From NCBI GenBank assembly GCA_030697705.1, contig JAUYPE010000017.1, positions 5,066 to 69,065 on the forward strand: a stretch of DNA of 64,000 bases, read 5' to 3'. Under the pieces are notes generated by a model that saw only the letters and a list, made by a program, of their open reading frames with translations, did not search any database and had not been told where the DNA came from. The translations under genes were made by a program, and so were the position numbers. Shown here piece after piece: positions 39,473-49,633 of this stretch; position 1 is the stretch's first letter; every line of letters begins with the position of its first letter. Source of the DNA: a bacterium (GTDB lineage: Bacteria; Patescibacteriota; Minisyncoccia; Sungbacterales; HO2-52-23).

Positions 39473-40756
39473 ATGCATATTCCGGTTGTCAGCTTTTCGC
39501 TCCTAAAAAAGATTGTGCTCGCGGGCGTTGTGCTTGTGTGTTCATTCGGTTTTCCTTATGCACATGCCGCGAATGATGACCTTGTGGTTGAGTTTGAACA
39601 GACCCCCCTTTTTAACAAGGCGAATTTTCTGCCGGGCGAGATGGTAAGCCGTACCGTGAAGGTAACGAACAATACAGGCGCGTCCCAACAGATTACGACA
39701 GAGGCGATTGCCATAAGCGATCCGCATCATCTGGGCGATGTTTTACGCATAACGGTGAAAGAGGGCGCCATCATGTTTTTTGACGGAACGCTTGCGGAGT
39801 TTTTTGGCAGCGGCGCGCATATGCTCTCCCATCTGGCGGCAGGAGTTGCGACAACCTACACCTACTCGGTTTCGTTTAAGTCCGATGCGGGCAACGCGTA
39901 TCAGGAAGAATCGCTCGGTTTTGATATACTCGTCGGATTTGAGGGCAATGCGGGAGACGGCAATCCTTCTTCACCCGAAGGAGGTGTGACCCCGCAAGGT
40001 GGTGGAGGCACGGGCGGTACAAGTGGTGGAGGTGGTGATTCTGGCGGTCCTCGGGGGCTTACTATTACCGGCGAGCTTGTTCGCGTTGTTGAAATTGGCG
40101 AGACCACTGTGATCATTGAATGGGGCACGAGTTATGAATCCACGAGCCGCGTCGTGTACGGCACGGCGAGCGGATTATTCAATTTTTCCAACACTCCCAA
40201 TTACGGCTACCCACTTTCCACCATTGAATCCGACGCGCCGGCACATCCCAACGGTGTTCTCGCTCACCGCGTCCTCATCAGCGGACTCGTACCGGCAACG
40301 ATCTATTATTTTCGTACGATTTCCCACGCCTCACCCGACACAATCGGTTTTGAACATACTTTTACGACTCTAGGCTCCCGCGACAGTCAAAGCGCGGTCA
40401 TTGCTTCCGGCGGGCGGCTTCCCATATCCTCTTCGGGAGAGGTGCTTGTTTCGGCGGGTGGAGAAAGGAGCGTACAACGGATTGGATCGGGTGCCGAGGT
40501 GAATAATGCTCCCTTTCCTCTCTCTCGCGCTTCAGAAAGTAGCGCAGGCGACACGGGTGTTTCGGAACGCCGGAATGAAAATCTGTTGGAGGATGCTGGC
40601 CGCGCATTCACTCCCCTCCTCGCCGTTCTTTCCGCCGCCCTGCCGTTTGTCGGTAAAGAAGGAGGTCGCATCATGCTTATTGTTCTGATAATCGCTCTGC
40701 TTCTTTCCCTTATCGTCTGGCGCCTCTCTCGCCACAGAAGAAAAAATAAGAAGTAG
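39473..40756 (+). CDS. Surface-anchored protein: TasA-like N-terminal domain, Gly-rich linker, FN3-like domain, C-terminal TM
   Basis: NFLPG...VKV.N...AGNAYQ; I.W.T...TSRVVYG..H.V.ISGL.PAT.YYFR; LPFVG-TM-RHRRKNKK. Confidence 0.78.
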   Translation: MHIPVVSFSLLKKIVLAGVVLVCSFGFPYAHAANDDLVVEFEQTPLFNKANFLPGEMVSRTVKVTNNTGASQQITTEAIAISDPHHLGDVLRITVKEGAIMFFDGTLAEFFGSGAHMLSHLAAGVATTYTYSVSFKSDAGNAYQEESLGFDILVGFEGNAGDGNPSSPEGGVTPQGGGGTGGTSGGGGDSGGPRGLTITGELVRVVEIGETTVIIEWGTSYESTSRVVYGTASGLFNFSNTPNYGYPLSTIESDAPAHPNGVLAHRVLISGLVPATIYYFRTISHASPDTIGFEHTFTTLGSRDSQSAVIASGGRLPISSSGEVLVSAGGERSVQRIGSGAEVNNAPFPLSRASESSAGDTGVSERRNENLLEDAGRAFTPLLAVLSAALPFVGKEGGRIMLIVLIIALLLSLIVWRLSRHRRKNKK

Positions 40757-40792
40757 ATACTGACAGCGGTTTTTTCGGTATTCATCGGCACA

Positions 40793-41083
40793 CTATTGCG
40801 GAATGCCGTTTGGTACCGCTATTTCTGTTGTTGTCGCGACCGATACAGCACTTCTCTCTGTGGGAGTGGGTACTGCTGGCAGTGCGGCTTGCTGCGGTGG
40901 AGATTTTTTTTGCGGAGGGGATACCAATGGCGATCTCGTCAATGTGGGAGCAACAGGCGTCGCAAACTCATCCGGGCTCGGGAGCGTGAGCCGCATGCCA
41001 CTGCCCAGACGCGCTGAAAGAAAGACGGCATATCCTGCGACGACAAGCGTTGTAATACCGATAGCAAGAAGCGCGTTTTTCAT
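40793..41083 (-). CDS. Small Pro-rich membrane-anchored hypothetical protein
   Basis: N-terminal TM followed by a P/T-rich tail. Confidence 0.55.
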   Translation of the reverse strand: MKNALLAIGITTLVVAGYAVFLSARLGSGMRLTLPSPDEFATPVAPTLTRSPLVSPPQKKSPPQQAALPAVPTPTERSAVSVATTTEIAVPNGIPQ

Positions 41084-41163
41084 ATTTTTTTGTTACCCGT
41101 GTAAAATATGATACCGCACACCGGTATAATACGCCAGACATTTGTGTTTCAAGGGCAGTTTTT

Positions 41164-41742
41164 CTATCCCCCCGTCTGCCAGACGCGAATCGCCTCAAGC
41201 GGATAGATAAGCATGATGATATTGAGCGTGAGGTTATCGCGAATGAAGTAACCGACAAAAACCTCCATGGCAATCGTGAGTGCAATCGTAACCCACAGGG
41301 GCAAGATGCGCGCAAGCGCAAAACCGACCATCATAGCAAGGACATCGCTCACAGAATTGACGACGCTGTCGCCGAAGTAGTCATAGGAAATCGTAACGGT
41401 GCGGTAGCGATTGATGATATAACTTGAGTTTTCAAAAATTTCCCATACGCACTCAATCACAACAGCGAGCACGAGGCGGAAACCTATGGACGTGCGCTTT
41501 GTCACAAGCCAGAGCAAGCCGAAGAACGCAAAACCGTGGATGACATGCGAAAAAGTATACCAGTCGGTGAGATGCTGGGAGTTCTCGGAACTCGCGACGA
41601 TGCCATGCCAGAACTTGATGTATCCGCAATCGCACCACGGCACACGCCCCGTCCATAATAAAATAAGTGCGTGAATACCGAGTATGCCGACGACGCCGAG
41701 TGCGTACAGACGAAACGGAATGCGATTGAGCAAACTAATCAT
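41164..41742 (-). CDS. DUF2585 (UPF0314) membrane protein
   Basis: GR..WCDCG...[35 protein letters not shown]. Confidence 0.92.
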   Translation of the reverse strand: MISLLNRIPFRLYALGVVGILGIHALILLWTGRVPWCDCGYIKFWHGIVASSENSQHLTDWYTFSHVIHGFAFFGLLWLVTKRTSIGFRLVLAVVIECVWEIFENSSYIINRYRTVTISYDYFGDSVVNSVSDVLAMMVGFALARILPLWVTIALTIAMEVFVGYFIRDNLTLNIIMLIYPLEAIRVWQTGG

Positions 41743-41861
41743 GGGTACAGTATAGCAGAAAAATATTTCACTTGCCTTGTCCGGCTACAAAAAAACCGCT
41801 GGACGAACTATGCGGTCTACGATCTACAAAAACATTCCTTGTTTGTACTCATCAATAGATG

Positions 41862-42416
41862 TCAACTTTTCTGTTCTTTGAGCAGATCCTTATAGGCGTG
41901 GCGGATCTTTTCCACCTTCGGGGCGATGACGATTTCAACATATGGCTGATCAGGGTGAGTATCGTAATAGCGCTTATGGTATTCTTCAGCCGGATAAAAC
42001 GAATTGCCGAGCGGTTCGATTTTCGTCACGATCGGATCAGCATATTTTTTCTCCGCGGTCAGCGCCGCGATCATGCGCTCCGCTTCTGTTTTTTGTTCTG
42101 GTGTCGTGTAAAGAATCGTGGAGCGGTATTGCGTGCCCATGTCGGCACCCTGGCGATTCAGCGTCGTGGGATCGTGACTTGCGAAAAAAACTTCCAGCAG
42201 TTTTGCAAAAGGGATAATACTCGGGTCGTACACAATGCGGATAACCTCGGCGTGCCCCGTCGTACCGTCAGAGACACGGTTGTAGGATGGGTTCGCTACC
42301 GATCCACCCGCGTATCCGGGTGTAACTTCGGCAATGCCCTTTAATTGCAAAAAAACCGCCTCCGTGCACCAGAAGCACCCCCCGCCAAACGCAACCACTT
42401 CCATAGATCCGGTCAT
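41862..42416 (-). CDS. msrA: Peptide methionine sulfoxide reductase A
   Basis: GGGCFWCTE, GHAE, HDPT.LNRQG.D.GTQYRS, FYPAEEYH. Confidence 0.96.
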   Translation of the reverse strand: MTGSMEVVAFGGGCFWCTEAVFLQLKGIAEVTPGYAGGSVANPSYNRVSDGTTGHAEVIRIVYDPSIIPFAKLLEVFFASHDPTTLNRQGADMGTQYRSTILYTTPEQKTEAERMIAALTAEKKYADPIVTKIEPLGNSFYPAEEYHKRYYDTHPDQPYVEIVIAPKVEKIRHAYKDLLKEQKS

Positions 42417-43378
42417 AGTTTTATGTAATTATTGACAATTGGTTGTTCATTCACCATGCGGTTAACAAGAATCGCCGCCAGCGCGCCGCCTGCAGTGGTA
42501 CCGGTAATTGCCAGTACCGCATCAAACGCGTCGTAAGAAACGGGAAAGACGGCAAACTGAAGCGGAAGCGCATACAGAAACAACCCGCCCACCGCACCGG
42601 CAAGAAACCCGCGTGCGGTTGATTTTTTAACTATGCCGCTACTCACAATTCCCACCATGCTTATTGTTGAGAGGGCAAGAAGCCAATTGGGAAGATGGGG
42701 GTAGCTCCCTGCCGCGCGACTTCCCGCAACGACGCCAGCATCAAAAAGCGCGCCCTGAAAGGTAAGGGTGAATAGAGCCGCAAGCAGTGCCGGAATGACG
42801 GGACCGAAAAATCGTTCGGCAAAAAAATAAACGGCGATGGAGAGAAATGCTGCAATGCACGCTCCGCCAAAACCGGCAATCGCGTAGGGACTGAAAGGGA
42901 AAAAAGGCGCGAAGAAAATGAGCAGAATATTTAAGAGCGACGCCAGAAGAAGCGCACCGAATATCTCGCGTCCGGCAAGATCGCGTTCTTTTTTAATTTC
43001 ATGGACAAGCAAGGTGAGCGCGGTGATGGCGGCGCCAAAAAAGAAAAAATGCGGCGGACTCCAGATGATAAGCACCGACTCAACCGTTTCTTTGCCGCGC
43101 CACCGGTGCCACGCCTCATCAAATGGAATAGTCATAGGAACAACGAGCAGCGCAAAAAAAATTCTCCGCCAGGAAGGCATCCCCCGTCGCCGCCATGCGA
43201 AAAAACTTTGTGCGAGCATGACGAAGAGACTGCCCTGCACGAGGAGGTGCGGGAGGATAAAAAAACTATCCCTTCCTTTGGCAAGATGCCACCAACCGTC
43301 AAAGCTTACGCCGAACGAGGCAACCGCTCCTGCGAGGATGGCGACATGAAGCGCGTGGATGTGTTTTTTTGTTTCCAT
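42413..43378 (-). CDS. Polytopic membrane protein with two DxxWH...PH motifs
   Basis: FDGWWHLAKGRDSFFILPH and FDEAWH...WSPPH; stop overlaps the msrA start (ATGA). Confidence 0.75.
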   Translation of the reverse strand: METKKHIHALHVAILAGAVASFGVSFDGWWHLAKGRDSFFILPHLLVQGSLFVMLAQSFFAWRRRGMPSWRRIFFALLVVPMTIPFDEAWHRWRGKETVESVLIIWSPPHFFFFGAAITALTLLVHEIKKERDLAGREIFGALLLASLLNILLIFFAPFFPFSPYAIAGFGGACIAAFLSIAVYFFAERFFGPVIPALLAALFTLTFQGALFDAGVVAGSRAAGSYPHLPNWLLALSTISMVGIVSSGIVKKSTARGFLAGAVGGLFLYALPLQFAVFPVSYDAFDAVLAITGTTAGGALAAILVNRMVNEQPIVNNYIKL

Positions 43379-43456
43379 ATGAAAAGGAAAGAAAAGATGA
43401 AAGCTCCGCGCTTCTAGTATACCACTTAATGAAAGATTGAGGAAGATGCTGTATCC

Positions 43457-44304
43457 GGGTACTCCTAGTCAATTGGTACAAGCGTTAATGATTTTTGCAG
43501 ATACTCATGCGGGTTTTCAAACAATTCCGGCAGGGAAAATCTGAAGCAAAATTCCCTCACATAGTCAGGCATCTTCTCAGGGGTAGCATGGTGATACATT
43601 CTTCTGATGAAGGTACGCAGGTTTCCGAACATTCTCTCAATCTCCGAGGTGTGAGCAAACTCAAACTTCTCGTGAATATCCCTCATATGCCGTACTGGCC
43701 ACCAGCGGTTGATCCCTTGGTAGATAGCGGCGCGTCGTCCGTATGCAGGCGGCTCCGAGGACGCACATGCTGTTCAAGGAAGCGTACAAGCATGGTGGCG
43801 CTGGACGCTATGCCCCGAGAGCATCTCAAACGCTACCTTGCGCGTTCCCTTCTGCTTCCCCATGAGTAACGACCATCGGGTGCCATACGCTTCATCCAAC
43901 TGCACGATATGCTCAAGAATAAGAGGATTTTCCGGTATCTGCGTCCGAAACAGATCACACCATCGTCGTACCGCTTCTTCAGAAAAAACAGCGAGTGCCT
44001 GTGTCCGCTTCACCGGCACTCTACTGGTCCAACACCAGAGCAAGAGCCAGAACTTTTGATACGACAGCTTCATGTCTTTGAGCCATGTGTGGGAGACCAG
44101 GGAAAACTTTAAGCGACGAGGGGCGACATCGGTACCGATCCTCGTATCGTAACACCCTACGAGACCTGGAGGTGGGACAGAAGACATTCTTACCAAAAAG
44201 AACGCGGCGGAGGTACTTCTTTACTTGAGCTTCTGAAGGTATCTGTTTGAGATGGTACCTATCGGGTAGTATACCCAATTTGTACCAACTGACTTAGGAG
44301 ACCC
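43457..44304 (-). mobile_element. Degenerate IS1595-family element with multiply frameshifted transposase (44278 to 43465)
   Basis: Imperfect 25-bp TIRs GGGTACTCCTAGTCAATTGGTACAA / GGGTCTCCTAAGTCAGTTGGTACAA; fragments with VQLDEAY, LHTD, IE.MF..LR, YVREFCFRF; no TSD visible. Confidence 0.85.
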
Positions 44305-44351
44305 ATATTTGTCATATTGCGATAAGGGTACATCTGTGCTAGTATGAACAG

Positions 44352-44687
44352 GTGAAGTTTCTGCTGAAATTTTTATTCAAAATCATCCTGACGGGAGTCG
44401 TGCTCTACGGTCTCACACAATACTTCCCCACCTTCCATCTCGAGGGTGGACTTCAAAGTTTTGCCCTTGCGGGATTTGTGCTTGCGGTGCTCAACGCAAC
44501 CGTCTATCCCATTCTGCGCCTCATTACGACCCCTTTGCGTTGGCTGACCCTCGGTCTCTTCGGGCTGGTCATCAATATGGCGGTACTCGCCCTTGCCGAT
44601 TCACTCCTCCCCAATCTTACGATTGATAATCTTGGAACACTTTTTTGGGCATCGCTCGTCATCGCCGTTGCCCATATCTTTTTTTAA
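44352..44687 (+). CDS. YvlD/phage holin family (4 TM)
   Basis: LN..V.PIL.LIT.PL..LTLGLF.LVIN. Confidence 0.88.
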   Translation: MKFLLKFLFKIILTGVVLYGLTQYFPTFHLEGGLQSFALAGFVLAVLNATVYPILRLITTPLRWLTLGLFGLVINMAVLALADSLLPNLTIDNLGTLFWASLVIAVAHIFF

Positions 44688-44717
44688 AACACACACCCGT
44701 AAAAATAAAAAACTGGC

Positions 44718-44936
44718 ATGCGACAAATCATTCTCATAGCACAGGTTATCATCTCTCTTCTCCTTATCGTCTCCGTACTCTTGCAACAGCGGGGCGGCGG
44801 CCTCTCGCAGGTATTCGGCGGGACGGGTGGTGCCTACCGCACACGCCGAGGCGTTGAGCGTGTAACGCTCTGGGCAACCATTATTCTCGCCATACTCTTC
44901 CTCATAGCAGCGCTTTTAAGCATCCGACTTCGCTAA
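44718..44936 (+). CDS. secG: Preprotein translocase subunit SecG
   Basis: VLLQQRGGGLSQVFGG...YRTRRGVER. Confidence 0.93.
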   Translation: MRQIILIAQVIISLLLIVSVLLQQRGGGLSQVFGGTGGAYRTRRGVERVTLWATIILAILFLIAALLSIRLR

Positions 44937-44994
44937 ACGAAGAAGATACTTTCAAGGATCTTTCTATCCGCACTCTACTTCTAGAGCATGTGCC

Positions 44995-46752
44995 ATGGAT
45001 GAACACACCAATAGACCGGCAGGCGGCTACTCTGCGCTTCCGTTCAAAAAACTCCTTTATCTCCCCCATCTCCTGTCAAAAAAAGAAAAGCGCGTAATGG
45101 CGCTTCTTGCTCTTTTATGTCTTACCAGCGGTACATGGCTGTTGATGCGCGGCTACCATAACATCACGCAGCCCATTCCCGCCATTGGATCGTCCTACAC
45201 CGAGGGAGCAGTTGGCGAACCGATTACGATCAATCCTCTGCTCGCGAGCCGCGATATTGATCGCGACCTGAGTCGCCTCGTCTACGCCGGTCTGCTCACT
45301 TATGGCCCGGATGGCACTCCCGTTCCCGATCTGGCCGATCGCTACGAAGTCAGTGCCGATGGTAAGATATACACCGTTACGATCCGAAACGGTCTCATCT
45401 GGCATGACGGCAAACCTCTTACCGCCGACGATGTCGCCTTTACCGTCAAACTCATTCAAAATCCGCAGTACAAGAGTCCGCTCCGCGCCAACTGGCAAGG
45501 TGTTTTGGCGGAAGTATTAAATCCACAAACCATCCGCTTCACCCTTCGCGCTCCCTATGAGCCGTTTATAGAAAATCTTACCGTCGGCATCATTCCCCTC
45601 CACCTGTGGGAAAATGTAACCCCCGAGCAAATGCCGCTCCATGAGCTCAATCTCAAGCCGGTCGGCTCCGGTCCCTATCAATTCTCCGGTATCAAACAAA
45701 GCACCGCCGGCTCACTCACCTCCTACACCCTTACACGCAATAAAAAATATCACCGCGAGGGTCCTTATCTTCAAACGATCACGTTCCAATTCTACCCCAC
45801 TGAGAGCGCTCTTTCGAGCGCGTGGCGCGCCGGCACAATTGAGGGATTCGGCCCGGTTGCGAACCCCTCGGAACTCCCCGCTACCATTCAAGCCGCCTCG
45901 CTTCACCCCCTTGAGATGCCGCGCATTTTTGGTATTTTCTTCAATCAAAAACGCTCTCCCGCGCTCGCCGATTCTACCGTAAGATCCGCTATTGCCCGCG
46001 CTATAGATAAAAAAAAGCTTGCTGATTCGGCATCCGCCAGCGGCAAGGTTCCGCTTGACGGCGTTCTCCCGTGGATCAGCGCACCGGATGAACTGAAAAA
46101 CATCTTCAATCCCGAAGTGGCACGTACACTGCTTGATCAAGGCGGATGGAAGGAGACCGATGCAGACGGCATTCGCCAAAAAAAACTCAAAGACGCAAAA
46201 GGCAAGCAAATTCTCACACGACTGGCATTCACACTCTCAACATCCGATTGGCCGGATCTCCTGCAGACCGCAGACAGTATTAAAGAAATGCTCCGCGCGG
46301 TGGGCATTGAAATTACGATTGAAAAAAAACCTTTTACGGAACTTCAATCTTCGGTCATTCGCCCGCGCGCTTTTGACATCCTGCTCTTCGGGCAGGTGTA
46401 CGGTTATGAGCCGGATCCGTTTGCTTTCTGGCATTCTTCCCAAACACGCGATCCGGGACTGAATGTCGCCCTCTATGCAAGTAAGAGTGCGGACAAACTA
46501 CTGGAAAGTGCCCGCACGACAGAGGACTCCGCAGAACGCGCGAGAGAATACGAGCAATTCTCGCGCCTCCTTCTCAAGGATACGCCCGCCGTCTTTCTCT
46601 TTTCCCAGTTGTATCTTTACCTCCTGCCAGCCGACATACAGGGCGTGAATTTATCAAAAATCTCACTTCCCGCAGACCGTTTTAATGACATTAATCTCTG
46701 GTACCGGAGTACGAAAAGAGCATGGAGCGCTAGCGCGCCTCAGAAGAATTAA
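44995..46752 (+). CDS. Peptide ABC transporter substrate-binding protein (SBP family 5)
   Basis: PDLA..Y.VS.DGK.YT..IR....WHDG.PLTADDV.FT, PVGSGPY, PDPFAFWHSSQ. Confidence 0.92.
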   Translation: MDEHTNRPAGGYSALPFKKLLYLPHLLSKKEKRVMALLALLCLTSGTWLLMRGYHNITQPIPAIGSSYTEGAVGEPITINPLLASRDIDRDLSRLVYAGLLTYGPDGTPVPDLADRYEVSADGKIYTVTIRNGLIWHDGKPLTADDVAFTVKLIQNPQYKSPLRANWQGVLAEVLNPQTIRFTLRAPYEPFIENLTVGIIPLHLWENVTPEQMPLHELNLKPVGSGPYQFSGIKQSTAGSLTSYTLTRNKKYHREGPYLQTITFQFYPTESALSSAWRAGTIEGFGPVANPSELPATIQAASLHPLEMPRIFGIFFNQKRSPALADSTVRSAIARAIDKKKLADSASASGKVPLDGVLPWISAPDELKNIFNPEVARTLLDQGGWKETDADGIRQKKLKDAKGKQILTRLAFTLSTSDWPDLLQTADSIKEMLRAVGIEITIEKKPFTELQSSVIRPRAFDILLFGQVYGYEPDPFAFWHSSQTRDPGLNVALYASKSADKLLESARTTEDSAERAREYEQFSRLLLKDTPAVFLFSQLYLYLLPADIQGVNLSKISLPADRFNDINLWYRSTKRAWSASAPQKN

Positions 46753-47125
46753 AAAAGCGCACCGACTTGCATTGATTTTGAAACCATGCTATACTGTTCC
46801 TATCGATGAGTCATGTGGAGAGTCGTTCTTGCCAAGAGACAAGAAAAATTCTCCAGGTGACTACTCAAAAAAGAGAGGGTTTATCTCTCTTTTCGCAGAG
46901 AAAGACAGTGTTTTGGGACGCCACTCATGGCTATCCCGCATTGCGTGTGCATCATGTATTCTTGAGGTTCAGGAATCGCAGAGGTGCATTGCTAGTTTTT
47001 TTACGAGTTGTTTTTCTGTTGGTTATTCTAGTAGACACCTAATGCCCTCCGCCGCATCTTCTTTACGGATGACAGCGAACCACTAATTATGGTACATTAA
47101 TTCTCGCGAACAGCATCGGCAGTTC

Positions 47126-47209
47126 GGGGATGTGGTGGAATCGGCAGACACGCAGCGTTCAGGGCGCTGTGAGCGCAAGCTCGTGGGAGTTCAACTCTCC
47201 CCATCCCCA
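47126..47209 (+). tRNA. tRNA-Leu(CAG)
   Basis: GGGGATG/CATCCCC acceptor, CAGCG-TTCAGGG-CGCTG anticodon arm, long variable arm. Confidence 0.93.
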
Positions 47210-47233
47210 TCAATATGAGCGTAGGGGAAATCA

Positions 47234-47288
47234 GGGAGTTTCCGCCCATGGCGGACCCGCCTTTGGCGGACAACTCTCCCCATCCCCA
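47234..47288 (+). repeat. Duplicated 25-bp 3' end of tRNA-Leu, interrupted by the 30-bp twin-hairpin element (47241-47270)
   Basis: GGGAGTT|TCCGCCCATGGCGGA CCCGCCTTTGGCGGA|CAACTCTCCCCATCCCCA; removal gives an exact copy of 47185-47209. Confidence 0.9.
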
Positions 47289-47306
47289 TTTTGTTAAAAA
47301 ATCAGT

Positions 47307-47418
47307 CGTCATCCCGAATGAAGTGAGGGATCCCGCGCAATTTCAATATCGCCAAAAACTTACGGAATTCCTCCCTCACGGGACACCTGCCAGCAGTCGT
47401 TCCACTCGGAATAGCGAC
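47307..47418. repeat. CGTC-tagged REP-like dimer, related to 8850-8934
   Basis: CGTCATCCCGAATGAAGTGAGGGATCCC ... CACTCGGAATAGCG. Confidence 0.7.
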
Positions 47419-47613
47419 AGAACGATAAGCCTGCACGTGATCGTTTTTCAATCTTGTCCCATTTTATTTATTCTTCATTTATCTAATCGCGCATCGTACT
47501 GACGGATCATATCCGCTCTAGAAACTCCTGCGCTTAAGCTCAACCGCTATTCTTTTGGCTTTTTCCGGCTATCCGGTAATTTTCAAAATGGCGTTCCGCT
47601 CCGTATTTTCATT

Positions 47614-49449
47614 ATGCCTCCACAAACCGCACCCTCACCGCAAAGACCGCACACCCATCGTCCCAGACCGGCAGGCAATCGCCACCTCGCAAATCGCCAT
47701 CATCGTCGACCGCACTCACCGCATGGTGGCGGCCGCCATACGTTCGTTACCCCGCCGGCGCATAAAGACGACCATCGTCCTCACGCACTCTCGTTCCTTC
47801 CGCTCGGCGGATGCGGCGAAGTTCAACGCAGTTGCTACGTCTACGAATACGGCGACGACATCGTCATCGTAGACATGGGGCTCCAATTCCCCGATGAGGA
47901 CATGCCGGGAATTGATTATCTCATTCCCAACATTGAGTACCTCAAGAAAAAAATCCACAATATCCGCGGTATCGTCATCACGCACGGTCACTACGACCAC
48001 ATCGGTGCGATCCCCCACCTCTTGGCGTCGCTTGGCAATCCCCAGATTTTTGCCACGGCCCTCACGCGCGGCATAATCATGAAGCGGCAGGATGACTTTA
48101 AGGGCTCCCCCACGCCAAAGATAGAGATCGTGACGCCCGAATCCATTATACGGTTGGGCAATTTTCAAATTGAATTCTTTCACGTCAACCACAATATTCC
48201 CGACTGCGTCGGCGTTGTTCTCAAAACCCCGGGCGGGACGGTGGTGCATACCGGCGACTTTAAGTTTGACCACACGCCGGTCAATGAAAAACCCGCCGAT
48301 ATGCCGCGCCTTACCCAAATCGGCAATGACGGCGTTACCCTGCTCGTATCCGAGAGCACCGATGCGGAGTGGGAGGGGCATCAGATTTCCGAATCCGAAG
48401 TACAGAAATCTCTGGAAGAGATTTTCAAAGTGGCACAAGGGCGCATTATCGCCGCGACATTCTCCTCCCTCCTCACGCGCATCCAGCAGATGATCTGGCT
48501 CTCGGAACAATACGGTCGCAAAGTATTGATTGAAGGATTCAGCATGAAGCAGAATGTCGCCGTCGCCCGCGAGCTCGGCTATCTCAAAGCAAAGCCGGGC
48601 ACGCTCATTGAGTCCAAAGAGATTAGTAACTATGCCGAGCATCAGCTCACCATTTTGTGCACCGGCGCGCAGGGCGAGGATCATGCTGTGCTGATGCGCA
48701 TTGCCAATAACGAACATAAAACCGTCAAACTTCTGCCGGGCGACTCCATTATTTTTTCCTCGTCCGTTATTCCAGGCAACGAAGGAACCGTCCAGCGCAT
48801 GAAGGATGTTTTATTTAAACGAATCCACAAGGTCTACCACTACGCAACCATGGATGTGCACGCAGGCGGGCACGCCAAGCGTGAGGAGCTGACGCAGATG
48901 ATTAAGCTGATGCGGCCGCAATTCTTCATTCCCATTCACGGCAACTACTTCATGCTCAAGCTCCACACCGAGCTTGCTGAAGCCGCTGGTGTGGCGAAAG
49001 AAAATATCATGATCGCGGAGGACGGCGACAAAATTCGCGTTTCGCCTATGGATGGTATTGAGAAGCTCGCCGAAAAAGCGCCCATTGAACATGTCATGGT
49101 AGACGGACTTGGTGTGGGCGATGTCAAAGAAGTCGTTTTGCGGGACCGCACACACCTCGCCGAGGACGGCATATTCGTTGTTATCGGCATCGTGGACGCT
49201 AAAACGGGCAAGGTCAAAACCAGCCCTGATATTGTCTCGCGCGGTTTTATTTATCTGAAAGAATCGCAAGAATTATTGAAAGAAGTGCGCAAAACGACGC
49301 GCAAAATCATTGAAGAAATAACGCTTCACGGCGAGCGCCCCATTAACTGGGTCTTTGTCAAAGACGAACTGCGGGAAAAACTCGGACAATTCCTCTTCCA
49401 AAAAACCCAGCGCCGTCCTATGGTACTGCCGGTGGTGATTGAAGTATAA
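47614..49449 (+). CDS. rnj: Ribonuclease J with a His/Pro/Arg-rich N-terminal extension
   Basis: LPLGGCGEV, THGHYDHIG, HTGDFK, TGAQGE, SSVIPGNE, HAGGH, PIHG. Confidence 0.96.
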   Translation: MPPQTAPSPQRPHTHRPRPAGNRHLANRHHRRPHSPHGGGRHTFVTPPAHKDDHRPHALSFLPLGGCGEVQRSCYVYEYGDDIVIVDMGLQFPDEDMPGIDYLIPNIEYLKKKIHNIRGIVITHGHYDHIGAIPHLLASLGNPQIFATALTRGIIMKRQDDFKGSPTPKIEIVTPESIIRLGNFQIEFFHVNHNIPDCVGVVLKTPGGTVVHTGDFKFDHTPVNEKPADMPRLTQIGNDGVTLLVSESTDAEWEGHQISESEVQKSLEEIFKVAQGRIIAATFSSLLTRIQQMIWLSEQYGRKVLIEGFSMKQNVAVARELGYLKAKPGTLIESKEISNYAEHQLTILCTGAQGEDHAVLMRIANNEHKTVKLLPGDSIIFSSSVIPGNEGTVQRMKDVLFKRIHKVYHYATMDVHAGGHAKREELTQMIKLMRPQFFIPIHGNYFMLKLHTELAEAAGVAKENIMIAEDGDKIRVSPMDGIEKLAEKAPIEHVMVDGLGVGDVKEVVLRDRTHLAEDGIFVVIGIVDAKTGKVKTSPDIVSRGFIYLKESQELLKEVRKTTRKIIEEITLHGERPINWVFVKDELREKLGQFLFQKTQRRPMVLPVVIEV

Positions 49450-49633
49450 TGTTGTTGCTCGGAACCGCGCTATTTGAAACTCGCTCGTCCCGCCAGCGCG
49501 GAACTCGCTAAGCATCCGGCGCACACTCGTGCGAGACGCACGAGACCATGCTGTGCGCCTCCTGATTGTTTCAAACAGCACAGATCCCTCGCTGGGGAAT
49601 ATGGGAGCAGGAACCCTCCTTATATTCCTCCTT

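Noticed and set aside
44352-44687. Holin as evidence of a prophage
   Set aside because: YvlD-type proteins are common chromosomal genes, and no phage structural genes are in the window.
46685-47086. ORFs between the SBP gene and tRNA-Leu
   Set aside because: No recognisable motifs; the promoter-like TTGCAT-17-TATACT may simply serve the tRNA.
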